This document shows positions 1-9,124 of a stretch of 64,000 nt of DNA, in pieces. The translations under genes and the position numbers were made by a program. Every line of letters begins with the position of its first letter. Position 1 is the stretch's first letter. Below the pieces are notes generated by a model. The model was given only the letters and a program-made list of their open reading frames with translations, ran no database searches and was not told the DNA's origin. The DNA comes from an uncultured Candidatus Binatia bacterium (GTDB taxonomy: Bacteria; Desulfobacterota; Binatia; Bin18; CBDCRK01), in assembly GCA_965220955.1 (NCBI GenBank), contig CBDCRK010000032.1:388994-452993 (forward strand). The letters run 5' to 3'.

Positions 1-772
1 AGGCGGGATTGACGATCCTTATCTGGCTGATGCTCATTGCCGCGCCTATAACACCTGGGCCTTTGAGATTTGTTCCCCCTATAAGGACCGGCTCTACCCG
101 GCAGCCCACATCTCTCTGCGGGACCCACAGCTGGCAGTACGTGAGATGGAGCGGGTGGCCAAGCTGGGGGGCCGGACAATATTTGTGGCAGCCGCCCCCA
201 TTAACGGCCGCAGCTTTGGACACCCGGACTTTGATCCGGTTTGGGCTACAGCTCAGGACCTCGACCTCAGTATTGGTCTCCACTTAGTTGGGCATGCTCA
301 CTACACGGGCAGTGAGTGGTATCAGGACCGCAACCCAGGGTTCATGTATCTCACCATGAGTATTATCCAGGACCCCCGCCAGGCAGTAACCACCATGGTA
401 TATGACGGGGTCTTTGAGCGCTTTCCCAAGCTTCGGGTAGCGACCATCGAAGCCATGGTAGGCTGGGTGGGAGAGTGGTTGGAGCGGCTTGATTACCGCT
501 ACAAGTATATGGGGCACACCTCGCAGATGAAGCGATCGGCCAGCGAGTACTTTGCCCGTAACATCTGGGTCAATGGAGATCCCGAGGAGAAGATGTTTCC
601 ACTGATTGTGCAATTTGCCGGAGACGACAAGTTCTTCATAGGCTCGGACTACCCGCATGCCGAGGGATTTGTGCAGCCGGTGCAAAAGGCGCGGGAGTCG
701 CTTTCTGCTTTACCCGCAGCATCGGTGGACAAGATTCTGGGACAGAATGGGGGGAAATTCTACGGTATCTGA
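1..772 (+). CDS. amidohydrolase-2 family hydrolase, 5' partial: starts before the window, reading frame 2 continues upstream of the listed ATG at 146
   Basis: Translating frame 2 from nt 2 gives ...DPYLADAHCRAYNTWAFEICSPYKDRLYPAAHISLRDPQLAVREMERVAKLG..., which is colinear with the 28952..30070 (-) protein. About 83 % amino-acid identity over the 208 residues from the ATG at 146 onward. C-terminal motifs FAGDDKFFIGSDYPHAEG. Confidence 0.8.
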   Translation, partial: GGIDDPYLADAHCRAYNTWAFEICSPYKDRLYPAAHISLRDPQLAVREMERVAKLGGRTIFVAAAPINGRSFGHPDFDPVWATAQDLDLSIGLHLVGHAHYTGSEWYQDRNPGFMYLTMSIIQDPRQAVTTMVYDGVFERFPKLRVATIEAMVGWVGEWLERLDYRYKYMGHTSQMKRSASEYFARNIWVNGDPEEKMFPLIVQFAGDDKFFIGSDYPHAEGFVQPVQKARESLSALPAASVDKILGQNGGKFYGI

Positions 773-828
773 CGCAGGCTGGATGATCCTGAAGAAATGG
801 CCGCTGAGCTATCAGCGGTCAGTCATTG

Positions 829-917
829 TCCTCCCTCATCCTCTCTGACTCTCTCCCGTGAGAAAATAGATTCCTTCCCCCTTGATGGGGGAAGGTTAGG
901 ATGGGGGTGAAATCTGC
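829..917. repeat. REP-like palindromic element, copy 1 (hairpin CCTTCCCCC-TTGAT-GGGGGAAGG, then GTTAGGATGGGGGTGAAATCTGC)
   Basis: About 47 bp are identical to 2004..2050 and the 5' part is looser. The stem-loop is at 873..895. Confidence 0.6.
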
Positions 918-1161
918 AGAGGGATGCCCGGCTGATAACGGTCGACAAATCTTGTACCAAGATGTTACGGCGGTTGAGATAATCTTGCTCATGGAAGACA
1001 TGGATACGGCGGTCTAGTCGCTGGGGGGTATAAGGCAGTCACAGGCAATTCAAACATCCCCGCAAACCAGGCAAAGTGACTGTCCCCGGTAAAATGGCAG
1101 ATGATTTGCCGCCGGGCACGCTCAAGAGCATTCTGCGCCAAGCTGGATTGGAGAGTTAAGG

Positions 1162-1482
1162 ATGAGCAAACCCGTACCCTCAGTATTCGACGTCGAGCAA
1201 GAACGGCAACAACGGGCTGACGAGTTGCAAGCTGACTACGGCCCACACTGGGCAGAGCAGTACAAGCCCGGCTCGTTTGGGTGCCATGAATTATTGGACA
1301 GAACCTCACTGGTGGCTGACCTCGTAGAACAGCAGGTGCTCTCTCATCCAACCTGTGTACAGAACCGAGAGTGGTTTGCTTTAGCCGAGCAAGCAGTGGT
1401 TGCCTTGCGAGAGCTGTATCAGCAGGTGGGCGCGGTGCACTTGGACGACAAGAGCAACGGACCGGACGTGCCTAAGCCTTGA
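1162..1482 (+). CDS. hypothetical protein (106 aa)
   Basis: ORF with an upstream GGAGAG RBS-like sequence. No recognisable motifs. Confidence 0.4.
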   Translation: MSKPVPSVFDVEQERQQRADELQADYGPHWAEQYKPGSFGCHELLDRTSLVADLVEQQVLSHPTCVQNREWFALAEQAVVALRELYQQVGAVHLDDKSNGPDVPKP

Positions 1483-1804
1483 GGTACGGCCTAACTGAGC
1501 CGTTGCACCTGACCGCCGCCCGCTTGCGGATCAGGAGAACCCGAAACCCCTTGGGTGGGCGGCAGGTGACCGCCGAGCGTTAGACTGCTCGACTGAAAAA
1601 TTGGACAAGATATCCGTTCAACCATATGACTGCCGTTATGGTCAGACGCGAGTGGGTTGGAGCTGGCTGGCATCCGCCAAAAGACTAGTGATGAATGCAG
1701 AAAGCGGTCAAATGTTGTATAAACGATCCGGCTGACCTGTTAGGGTAAAACTCTTGTGACTTGGGGGTTTATTGTCTAAAAGTCTAAGGCTTGTTGAATA
1801 GGTG

Positions 1805-1939
1805 ATGACCTTGGCAAACTACAGTCTGGGCATTGATGTGGGCGGTACCTTTACCGACCTGGTATGTGCTGACGGGGCCGGCCTGCTACGGATTTGGCAG
1901 TCGGGAAGCTGCTGTTACCGACACTTGCGGTCACTCTGA
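1805..1939 (+). pseudogene. relic of a hydantoinase/oxoprolinase (HyuA-like) N-terminus, 44 codons then stop
   Basis: MTLANYSLGIDVGGTFTDLVCADGAG matches the conserved N-terminal GIDVGGTFTD motif of the hydantoinase A / acetone carboxylase beta family. The sequence diverges after about 26 aa and stops. A REP copy abuts it. Confidence 0.5.
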
Positions 1940-1967
1940 GCTTCTGAAGAGTGGTTATAGGCTATAT

Positions 1968-2050
1968 CAAAAAACAAGACCTGACCCTAATCCTCCTTGA
2001 CTGGTTCCTTCCCCTTGATGGGGGAAGGTTAGGATGGGGGTGAAATCTGC
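1968..2050. repeat. REP-like palindromic element, copy 2; it begins with AACAAGACCTGACCCTAATCC, the same motif as the right end of the RAYT unit
   Basis: Shares about 47 bp with 871..917. Positions 1975..1989 (AAGACCTGACCCTAA) are the exact reverse complement of 4414..4428. Confidence 0.6.
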
Positions 2051-2067
2051 CGTGGATTTATGGGTTC

Positions 2068-2304
2068 ATGAAACCAACTGTTTACATCGAGACAAGCGTT
2101 ATCAGCTATCTCACAGCGAAGCCGAGTAGAGACCTGATTGTTGCCGGGCATCAGCAGATTACGGCTGAGTGGTGGGAGCAGGTGCGTCCCCAGGTTGAAT
2201 GTTTCGTTTCACCATTTGTGATTCAGGAAGTCTCAAGAGGAGACCAAAAAGTTCTCATCATTCACCTAACTGGTTATCCGAGCTTCCTCCAGGGAAAAGT
2301 ATAA
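2068..2304 (+). pseudogene. PIN-like (VapC-like) nuclease N-terminal fragment, truncated
   Basis: MKPTVYIETSVISYLTAKPSRDLIVAGHQQITAEWWE... resembles the N-terminus of a PIN-like protein family; the family assignment is from memory and uncertain. The ORF ends after 78 aa, about half of normal length. Confidence 0.3.
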
Positions 2305-2318
2305 CTCGAATCTCCCCA

Positions 2319-3242
2319 CTACTCGTTGATTTCTTTCCCACAATGCGGACACAGTTTGGAACTTATCTTACGGTTTTGAATTTCTTCAACAAAAGCAGCA
2401 CCTAGGATGCCAGTGGGTAAAGCGAACATCCCAATGCCTAAGATAGCAATGACAGCGGCCAGGAACTTGCCAGGCCCAGTCACAGGATAGGTATCACCAT
2501 AGCCAACCGTGGTGAGGGTCACTATGGCCCACCACATTGTAGCTGGGATACTAGAAAAATGTTCAGGCTGTGCTTCATTCTCAGCAAAGTACATTAAGGA
2601 CGATGCAAACAGAAGAAGTAGGAAAAGGAAGAATAAAGTGGTAAGCAGTTCTTCTTTTTTTGCTGACAAGATGCGACTAAAAGTCTGGAGAGCTAGAGAA
2701 TATCGACTGAGCTTTGCGATACGGAAAAGTCGGAACAACCGTAAGGCTCGTATGAAAAGTAGGTCCAAATCAAGAAAAGAGAGGTAGAACGGAAGAACGG
2801 CAAGCAGGTCAATTAAAGCCAATGGCGTGAGGGCAAATCGAATGCGTCCATATACCGGGGAGGCGTAGTTAGAAGATGCTGTGCAAGACCAGATACGTAA
2901 GAGATATTCAACTGAGAAGATGAGGACAGACGCAACCTCAAACGACCTAAAGAAGAAGGGTGACATTTCATATACAAATTCGACTGTCTCTAGGACTATA
3001 GCTACCACATTGAGGACAATCAATGACAAAATAAAAATATCAAAGAGCCTACTGGTAGTATCAGCCGGAGCAGCAACTTCGAGAATCTCATATGCTCGCT
3101 TCTTCAGTTGCATATTTCTATTGGCCTTCAATGGAGCCAGAGCCATGAGCCGCTTCAATAGTAAATCAATAAGGTATTTTAGAATCAAGGGGACGCTGCG
3201 CGGGCGATTTAGAGGCCACTTGATAGGCAAAAGAGTAGACAT
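2319..3242 (-). CDS. voltage-gated (Kv-type, 6-TM) potassium channel
   Basis: S4 voltage sensor RALRLFRLFRIAKLSRY with Arg at every third position. Selectivity filter TTVGYGD. C-terminal CPHCG. The gene is visibly AT-rich compared with its flanks. Confidence 0.85.
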   Translation of the reverse strand: MSTLLPIKWPLNRPRSVPLILKYLIDLLLKRLMALAPLKANRNMQLKKRAYEILEVAAPADTTSRLFDIFILSLIVLNVVAIVLETVEFVYEMSPFFFRSFEVASVLIFSVEYLLRIWSCTASSNYASPVYGRIRFALTPLALIDLLAVLPFYLSFLDLDLLFIRALRLFRLFRIAKLSRYSLALQTFSRILSAKKEELLTTLFFLFLLLLFASSLMYFAENEAQPEHFSSIPATMWWAIVTLTTVGYGDTYPVTGPGKFLAAVIAILGIGMFALPTGILGAAFVEEIQNRKISSKLCPHCGKEINE

Positions 3243-3259
3243 TTGCTACTCTGATAGGG

Positions 3260-4342
3260 ATGAGTGTGCAGCCTCATGATTTTCACCTTGGAGTCATCGA
3301 AGGTTTCTACGGCAAATCCTGGAGCTGGCAGGAACGAAATGACTACGCTGATTTCCTGAAGGATAATGGTTATGGCTTCTACATTTATGCGCCCAAAAAC
3401 GATCCCTATCTCAGAAGGCAATGGCAACAGCCTTGGCCTGAGGAAGTTGCCAGCGAGATTGCTAGGTTGGCGCACACCTGCCGAGAAGCAGGTGTGTTAT
3501 TTGGCCTTGGACTTAGTCCGTATGAAATCTATGTGGATTATGGAACCCAGACTAAGGCTAAGCTTCATGCGAAAGTAGCCGCGCTGAACGAGCTGAATCT
3601 CGACATTCTCTGTGTGCTGTTTGATGACATGCGAGGCGATATCCCAGACCTAGCCAAGCTACAAGCCGAAGTCGTTCATGAGGTTATTGCAGCTAGCACC
3701 GCAAGATCGTTTGTGATGTGCCCGACTTATTATTCTTACGATCCCATCCTGGAAAAAGTATTTGGGGCTATGCCCAGCAACTATCTGCAGAACATTGGCC
3801 GGTTGCTTGATCAGAGGGTTGACGTTTTTTGGACTGGCCCCAAGGTTTGTTCATCTGACTATCCTGCCTCACATTTGCAAGAAGTCGCCGAGGCTCTCAG
3901 AAGAAAACCCTTCCTGTGGGATAATTATCCGGTGAATGACAGTCCTCAGGAGTCGAATTATCTCCATCTTAGGGCCTTCCAGAATCGTCCCGCTCATTTG
4001 AGGGATTTGCTGGCTGGGCATGCCGTCAATCCCATGAATCAGGCCTGGCTTTCCCGTATTCCACTGCGAACTCTGTTGCCAAGCTACCAGTTAGGTGGGG
4101 CGTACGAACCGGAACAATCTTTTTTACAGGCTTGCCTCTTGTTGTGTGGAGAAAAACTAGGAGAGTGTATTAGCAGAGATATCTCTATATTTCAGGATCA
4201 AGGACTGCAAGAGCTGGATGAAGATCGGCGCCGGGAATTAATCAAAAAATATCTATCATTTGGCGAAAATTCTTATGCGGAGGAGGTCGTTTCGTGGCTT
4301 AGGGGAGAGTACGCATTTGATCCTGCAGGCCTAACAGAGTAG
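3260..4342 (+). CDS. GH84 family beta-N-acetylglucosaminidase (O-GlcNAcase-like), with no signal peptide
   Basis: GVIEGFYGKSWSW N-terminal GH84 signature. Putative catalytic Asp pair in VLFDDMRG. WDNYPVND. Confidence 0.75.
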   Translation: MSVQPHDFHLGVIEGFYGKSWSWQERNDYADFLKDNGYGFYIYAPKNDPYLRRQWQQPWPEEVASEIARLAHTCREAGVLFGLGLSPYEIYVDYGTQTKAKLHAKVAALNELNLDILCVLFDDMRGDIPDLAKLQAEVVHEVIAASTARSFVMCPTYYSYDPILEKVFGAMPSNYLQNIGRLLDQRVDVFWTGPKVCSSDYPASHLQEVAEALRRKPFLWDNYPVNDSPQESNYLHLRAFQNRPAHLRDLLAGHAVNPMNQAWLSRIPLRTLLPSYQLGGAYEPEQSFLQACLLLCGEKLGECISRDISIFQDQGLQELDEDRRRELIKKYLSFGENSYAEEVVSWLRGEYAFDPAGLTE

Positions 4343-4413
4343 CTAGGGGAGGGGGCAGGCGAACTCATTCATTAGCGAAATTGGCGTATATATCCCTGGT
4401 AGTCCGTGAATAT

Positions 4414-5355
4414 TTAGGGTCAGGTCTTTAATATTGACAAATAGATAGAAAATAAGCTAACTGTTCTGCATGACTAGACCTTTGCGGATAGAATATGCTG
4501 GAGCCCTGTATTATGTGACCTCCAGGGGTAATGCTAAGAGGCAGATCTTTAAAGACAATAAAAACCGAGAGTCTTTTCTTGACATCCTGAAGAAGGTCAA
4601 CGGCCGATACCACTGGCTCTGTCATGCCTATTGTTTAATGGATAACCATTACCACCTGATTATAGAAACCCCAGAGGGGAATCTGTCTAAAGGAATGAGG
4701 CAGTTAAACGGAATCTATACCCAGAACTTCAACCGGAGGTATCGGAGAGTTGGACACCTATTTCAGGGTCGGTACAAAGCCGTTCTTGTCCAGAAGGAAA
4801 GCCACCTTCTCGAGATTTGTCGCTATGTGGTATTAAACCCTGTGAGAGCAAAGGTTGTGAAGAACCCCAGGGAGTGGGAGTGGAGTAGCTACCGAGGCAC
4901 TGCGGGCGTAGAAAAGCCTCATTCTTGTCTTACCACGGATTGGATTTTAGGGCAGTTCGGAAGAAATCGAGGGGAGGTGGGGAAGAGGTATAGAGAATTT
5001 GTGAGGACTGGCATAGGGGCAGAATCAATCTGGAGCAAGGTTAGGGGGCAAAGCCTCCTTGGGAAAGAGGATTTTGTAGAAAGGTTGATTGGATATGTAA
5101 GAGGGTATGAGGATATCGAAGAGATTCCTAAAAGCCAGAGATATATGACCAGACCCAAGCTTGATAGTCTATTGACAAAGAGGGTGTTGGTTGACAGGAA
5201 CAAGAGAGATAGCAGGGTAGTAGAGGCGGTGGAGCGATATGGATATAGCCAGAAGGAGGTGGCCGATTATTTGGGGATGCACTATTCCACCATAAGTAGA
5301 CTAGTGAACAAGAATAATTGAATCACATCAAGAAACAAGACTTGACCCTCAATCC
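4414..5355. mobile_element. RAYT-like unit: a Y1 (HuH) transposase gene bounded by imperfect 15-bp inverted repeats (TTAGGGTCAGGTCTT ... AAGACTTGACCCTCAA)
   Basis: Left repeat 4414..4428. The right repeat, 5337..5352, is its reverse complement with 2 mismatches. The same motif starts REP copy 2 at 1972. Confidence 0.55.
4470..5321 (+). CDS. IS200/IS605-family Y1 transposase (REP-associated tyrosine transposase-like) with a C-terminal DnaA-C-like HTH
   Basis: HuH motif HYHLII. Catalytic Tyr region GRYKAV. C-terminal YSQKEVADYLGMHYSTISRLV helix-turn-helix. Confidence 0.8.
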   Translation: MTRPLRIEYAGALYYVTSRGNAKRQIFKDNKNRESFLDILKKVNGRYHWLCHAYCLMDNHYHLIIETPEGNLSKGMRQLNGIYTQNFNRRYRRVGHLFQGRYKAVLVQKESHLLEICRYVVLNPVRAKVVKNPREWEWSSYRGTAGVEKPHSCLTTDWILGQFGRNRGEVGKRYREFVRTGIGAESIWSKVRGQSLLGKEDFVERLIGYVRGYEDIEEIPKSQRYMTRPKLDSLLTKRVLVDRNKRDSRVVEAVERYGYSQKEVADYLGMHYSTISRLVNKNN

Positions 5356-5408
5356 ACAGAGGTTATTTCAATGTGAGGGAAGCTATCTCTTTGGAAAGGA
5401 GTATACTG

Positions 5409-5795
5409 ATGCTTACATTTATGAAATCGCTGGACTCCCAGACCTATGCCCTCATGCGCCTTGTAGCCGGACTGCTTTTTCTCTGGCACGGTGCTCAGAA
5501 GCTCTTGGGGTTCCCGGCACCGCTTCCCGATGGAGTGCCTGCCTTTATTATCTATGGGGCCGGTCCCCTCGAACTGATCGGTGGTATTCTGGTTATGATT
5601 GGTCTTTTTACTCGCTGGGCGGCTTTTGTTTGCAGCGGCCTTATGGCAGTAGCCTATTGGATGGCCCACGGAACCAAGGCGCTTTTCCCCATTGTGAATC
5701 AGGGAGAACTCGCAGCGCTTTACTGCTTTGTGTTCTTGTTCATTGCTTCTCAGGGTGCGGGAATCTGGAGTGTAGACGCTGTGCGGGAGAAGTAA
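5409..5795 (+). CDS. DoxX family membrane protein
   Basis: Four hydrophobic helices, with LLFLWHGAQKL and LIGGILVMIGLFTRWAA. AAGGAG RBS 8 nt upstream of the ATG at 5409. Confidence 0.7.
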   Translation: MLTFMKSLDSQTYALMRLVAGLLFLWHGAQKLLGFPAPLPDGVPAFIIYGAGPLELIGGILVMIGLFTRWAAFVCSGLMAVAYWMAHGTKALFPIVNQGELAALYCFVFLFIASQGAGIWSVDAVREK

Positions 5796-5821
5796 GCTTA
5801 TTGTTATAGGGAAAGGATAAA

Positions 5822-7039
5822 ATGTCAGCATCAACCAATGGAAGAAGGTGGACCACAGAATACCCCGAACTGGGAACCGACCCCTTACCCATCGAACCCT
5901 ATGTTTCACCCCAATATTTTGCCCTAGAGCGCGAGAAAATTTTCCAGCGCGCCTGGCTCTGCACAGGGAGAAGGGTAGAAGAAATTCCTCAGGCTGGGGA
6001 TTATTTTGTTCAGGATGTTAGGGTGGGTAATGCTTCCGTTCTTATTGTCCGCGGCAAGGATGGGGTCATCCGCGGGTTTCACAATGTGTGTAAGCATCGG
6101 GGTAATAGAGTTGTTTGGGATACGCAAGGCTCCTGTTCAGCGGGGTTGACCTGCAAATTCCACGGCTGGACTTATACTGCAGAGGGAAAGCTAGTCGGCG
6201 TGCCGGAAGAGGACATGTTTTTTGACTTTAAGAAAAGTGAACATGGTCTGACCCCGGTAGCCACAGACACCTGGGAAGGGTTCATTTTTGTTAATCTGAA
6301 TCCCCACCCCAAAGAAACCCTGCACGAGCACTTGGGCGAAGTGGTTGACCTGCTGAGGGGATATCCCTTCAATGAGCTGCCTGTCTGCTGGTCCTATACG
6401 GCAGAGCAGAAATGCAATTGGCGGCTTCTGCGCGATTCCCAGTTGGAATCGTATCATGTCAAGTTTCTTCATCGACGCGCCCTTGCTGGGATGATGGCAA
6501 ATAAAGAAAATCCCTCGGTGCATGTCCTTGATGTCAAACTCTTTCGCCACCATAGCATGATGTCCTTCTACGGTGACCGTCGGAACTATAAGCCTACTCC
6601 CCTGGAGGTGCTTGCTACCCAATATGGGACAACCTTGGGCAAAGTAGTCGATGTCTCCGATATTAGCCAGTGGCCCGTGGGTTTAAATCCCACCCGGAGC
6701 TCGCATTGGTCCTTTGATTTATATTACATTTTTCCCAATTTTCACCTGGTGATCCTGAGTCCCCGCCTGTTTGTGGCCCACACCATGTGGCCAGTCACAG
6801 TGGATCAGTCGGTTTGGAACGCCAGAGGGTACCGCCCTCGCGCAGGTAGTGCCGCGGAGTGGGTTAGCCGGGAATATAGCAAATGCTTTACTCGTGATGT
6901 GTGGTTAGAAGACGGAAGTACCCTTGAGAACACACAACTCGGTATCACTTCTGGGGGGATCACCCATTATCCCCTACAGGATCAAGAGGTGCTGATCCGG
7001 CATGCTCATAAGGTTGCGCAAGACTGGATAGGCGGCTGA
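5822..7039 (+). CDS. Rieske [2Fe-2S] non-heme iron oxygenase alpha subunit
   Basis: Rieske motif CKHRG...(17)...CKFHGW. About 400 aa, consistent with an alpha-only family. No beta subunit or reductase gene nearby. Confidence 0.85.
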   Translation: MSASTNGRRWTTEYPELGTDPLPIEPYVSPQYFALEREKIFQRAWLCTGRRVEEIPQAGDYFVQDVRVGNASVLIVRGKDGVIRGFHNVCKHRGNRVVWDTQGSCSAGLTCKFHGWTYTAEGKLVGVPEEDMFFDFKKSEHGLTPVATDTWEGFIFVNLNPHPKETLHEHLGEVVDLLRGYPFNELPVCWSYTAEQKCNWRLLRDSQLESYHVKFLHRRALAGMMANKENPSVHVLDVKLFRHHSMMSFYGDRRNYKPTPLEVLATQYGTTLGKVVDVSDISQWPVGLNPTRSSHWSFDLYYIFPNFHLVILSPRLFVAHTMWPVTVDQSVWNARGYRPRAGSAAEWVSREYSKCFTRDVWLEDGSTLENTQLGITSGGITHYPLQDQEVLIRHAHKVAQDWIGG

Positions 7040-7071
7040 TCGAGGGGTCCGTAGGAAATAGGGGGTGTTTT

Positions 7072-7434
7072 ATGCCCAACCAGCTGTTGCCGGATCAGTT
7101 TAAAGACCTTGAGCCTTTTGTTAGTCCCTGGGCATTAGCAACAGAAACAGAGCGTAACCGGAAAAGACTGTCGAGCCCCATGGAAGAGATTCAGGCTTTT
7201 TATAATGCCATGATGCTGCGCATGGAGGCCGTGATGGAGTATCTCGGTCAGTTTCCACTTAATGAGAAGCCTGAGAAGGCAGGTAAAATGCCTGAGGACG
7301 CCAGGCGGCTGTTTTACCTGGCCCTGTCCCTGGCTGAGGTTGCGCCTGCAGTAGAATTGTATAACCAGCCGGGAGTCATTGACGGATTTGATCCCGCCCG
7401 GTTTGTCCCTGACCATGAATTGAGTAAGCAATGA
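7072..7434 (+). CDS. hypothetical protein (120 aa), possibly co-transcribed with the Rieske oxygenase
   Basis: AGGGGG RBS. Begins 32 nt after the oxygenase stop. Followed by an intrinsic terminator. Confidence 0.45.
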   Translation: MPNQLLPDQFKDLEPFVSPWALATETERNRKRLSSPMEEIQAFYNAMMLRMEAVMEYLGQFPLNEKPEKAGKMPEDARRLFYLALSLAEVAPAVELYNQPGVIDGFDPARFVPDHELSKQ

Positions 7435-7448
7435 AATCCTCTTGCAAG

Positions 7449-7484
7449 GGGGCCATCTGCACAAGCAGCTGGCCCTTTTTTATT
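7449..7484 (+). terminator. rho-independent terminator
   Basis: GGCCATCTGC-ACAA-GCAGCTGGCC stem followed by CTTTTTTATT. Confidence 0.55.
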
Positions 7485-7578
7485 CTAGGCAGTAGATATG
7501 GGTATGTGCTTCATCAACTTCTAATGAGATTATTATGCCGCTCAACCAATCAACCAAACAGATGAAAGGAGGAAACCC

Positions 7579-9093
7579 ATGGCACTACGACCGCCAACAG
7601 CAGAAGATCTTCGCAAGATGGCCGCAGCCAACTACTTTGAGCTGAGTGCGGACGAACTTGCTGACTTTCAATCCCTCATGCCCGATATGTTTACCTCGCT
7701 TGACCAACTTGACCAGATGCCAGCAGAACCCATGGCTATTACCTACCGGGAGCGTGATCCTGGCTCTCGACCTAGCCGGCAAGAGGACCCCCTTAATGCC
7801 ATTGTGCGTCGTTGTTCAGTCAAAGGGGCAGCTTCAGGCAAGTTGGCTGGCAAAAGGATAGGATTGAAGGATAACATCTGTGTGGCTGGCCTGCCCATGA
7901 CCTGTGCCTCTCTGGTGCTGGAGGGTTATGTGGCAGACATGGATGCTACTATTGTGACCAGGCTTCTGGACGCTGGCGCGGAGATTACGGCCATGCTCAA
8001 CATGGACAATTTTGCCTTTTCTGGAGGTGGGGACACCAGTGCCTATGGTCCTACGCTTAATCCCCACAACCCTCAGCATTTGGCCGGAGGATCCTCAGGC
8101 GGCTCAGCTGCGGCTCTGTATTATGACAATATTGACTTGACCATTGGTGGAGATCAGGGAGGCTCTATTCGTATTCCTGCCTCCTGGTGTGGGGTAGTAG
8201 GCCTGAAACCTACCCATGGTCTAGTTCCCTATACTGGGATTGTTGGTATTGACCCAACGTTTGACCATGCGGGTCCCATGGGGCGCACAGTGGCTGATGT
8301 GGCCTTAATGCTAGAAGTTGTTGCTGGCAAGGATCCGTTAGACCCACGGCAGGGCGAGGTGCCGGTTCAGCCTTATACTCAAGCCCTGAATAAGGATATC
8401 AAAGGGTTACGCATTGGTGTGGTACGTGAAGGCTTTGGCTGGGAGAAATCAGAGCCGGATGTTGAGGCGGCGGTGCATCGGGCCATAAGTGCTTTACAAG
8501 AGATGGGGGCACAAACCCAGGAGGTATCGATCCCCGCCCACCGGGAGGCTGGAGGCATTGTTTGGGCCCTCATTGTTGAGGGTGCAGCAGCTGCAATATA
8601 TGGCAACGGTGTGGGATATCACTGGAAAGGCCATTACAATGTCAGTCTGGCAAGCGCCTTGGGGAAATTTCGCCAGGCTCAGGGAAACGATCTTCCCCCC
8701 ACAGTGAAGCTGGTGCTGCTGATCGGGACTTACCTCAACCAGCGTTATCATGGCCGTCTCTATGCTAAGGCCCAAAACCAGCGCCGGGCCTTGCAGGCCA
8801 GCTACGACCGAGTACTGGAGCAGGTAGATGTACTGGCCATGCCTACGACACCAATGAAAGCCCACCGGCATAACCCGCAAATAGATCGCCGGGGCCTGAT
8901 TACCCATGGCTGGAACACAAGCCCGAACACAGCACCCTTTGACATGACCGGGCATCCCTCTTTGAGTATTCCTTGTGCCAAGTCCAACGGTTTGCCCGTG
9001 GGGTTGATGTTAACCAGCCGGCACTTTGATGAATCAACGTTGCTGCGTGTGGCGCATGCTTTCGAACAAAACGTTCCCTGGGAGCAATCATAA
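7579..9093 (+). CDS. amidase (amidase-signature family, GatA-like)
   Basis: GLKDN (Lys), GGSSGGSAAAL, GGDQGGSIRIPAS. AAAGGAGG RBS. Confidence 0.85.
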   Translation: MALRPPTAEDLRKMAAANYFELSADELADFQSLMPDMFTSLDQLDQMPAEPMAITYRERDPGSRPSRQEDPLNAIVRRCSVKGAASGKLAGKRIGLKDNICVAGLPMTCASLVLEGYVADMDATIVTRLLDAGAEITAMLNMDNFAFSGGGDTSAYGPTLNPHNPQHLAGGSSGGSAAALYYDNIDLTIGGDQGGSIRIPASWCGVVGLKPTHGLVPYTGIVGIDPTFDHAGPMGRTVADVALMLEVVAGKDPLDPRQGEVPVQPYTQALNKDIKGLRIGVVREGFGWEKSEPDVEAAVHRAISALQEMGAQTQEVSIPAHREAGGIVWALIVEGAAAAIYGNGVGYHWKGHYNVSLASALGKFRQAQGNDLPPTVKLVLLIGTYLNQRYHGRLYAKAQNQRRALQASYDRVLEQVDVLAMPTTPMKAHRHNPQIDRRGLITHGWNTSPNTAPFDMTGHPSLSIPCAKSNGLPVGLMLTSRHFDESTLLRVAHAFEQNVPWEQS

Positions 9094-9124
9094 GAATGGG
9101 TTTTACTGCAAGGAGGAGACCAAG

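Noticed and set aside
5318-5909. ORFs 5318..5809 (+) and 5349..5909 (-) overlapping DoxX
   Set aside because: DoxX in the third frame has four clear TM helices and an AAGGAG RBS. The overlapping frames lack any family resemblance.
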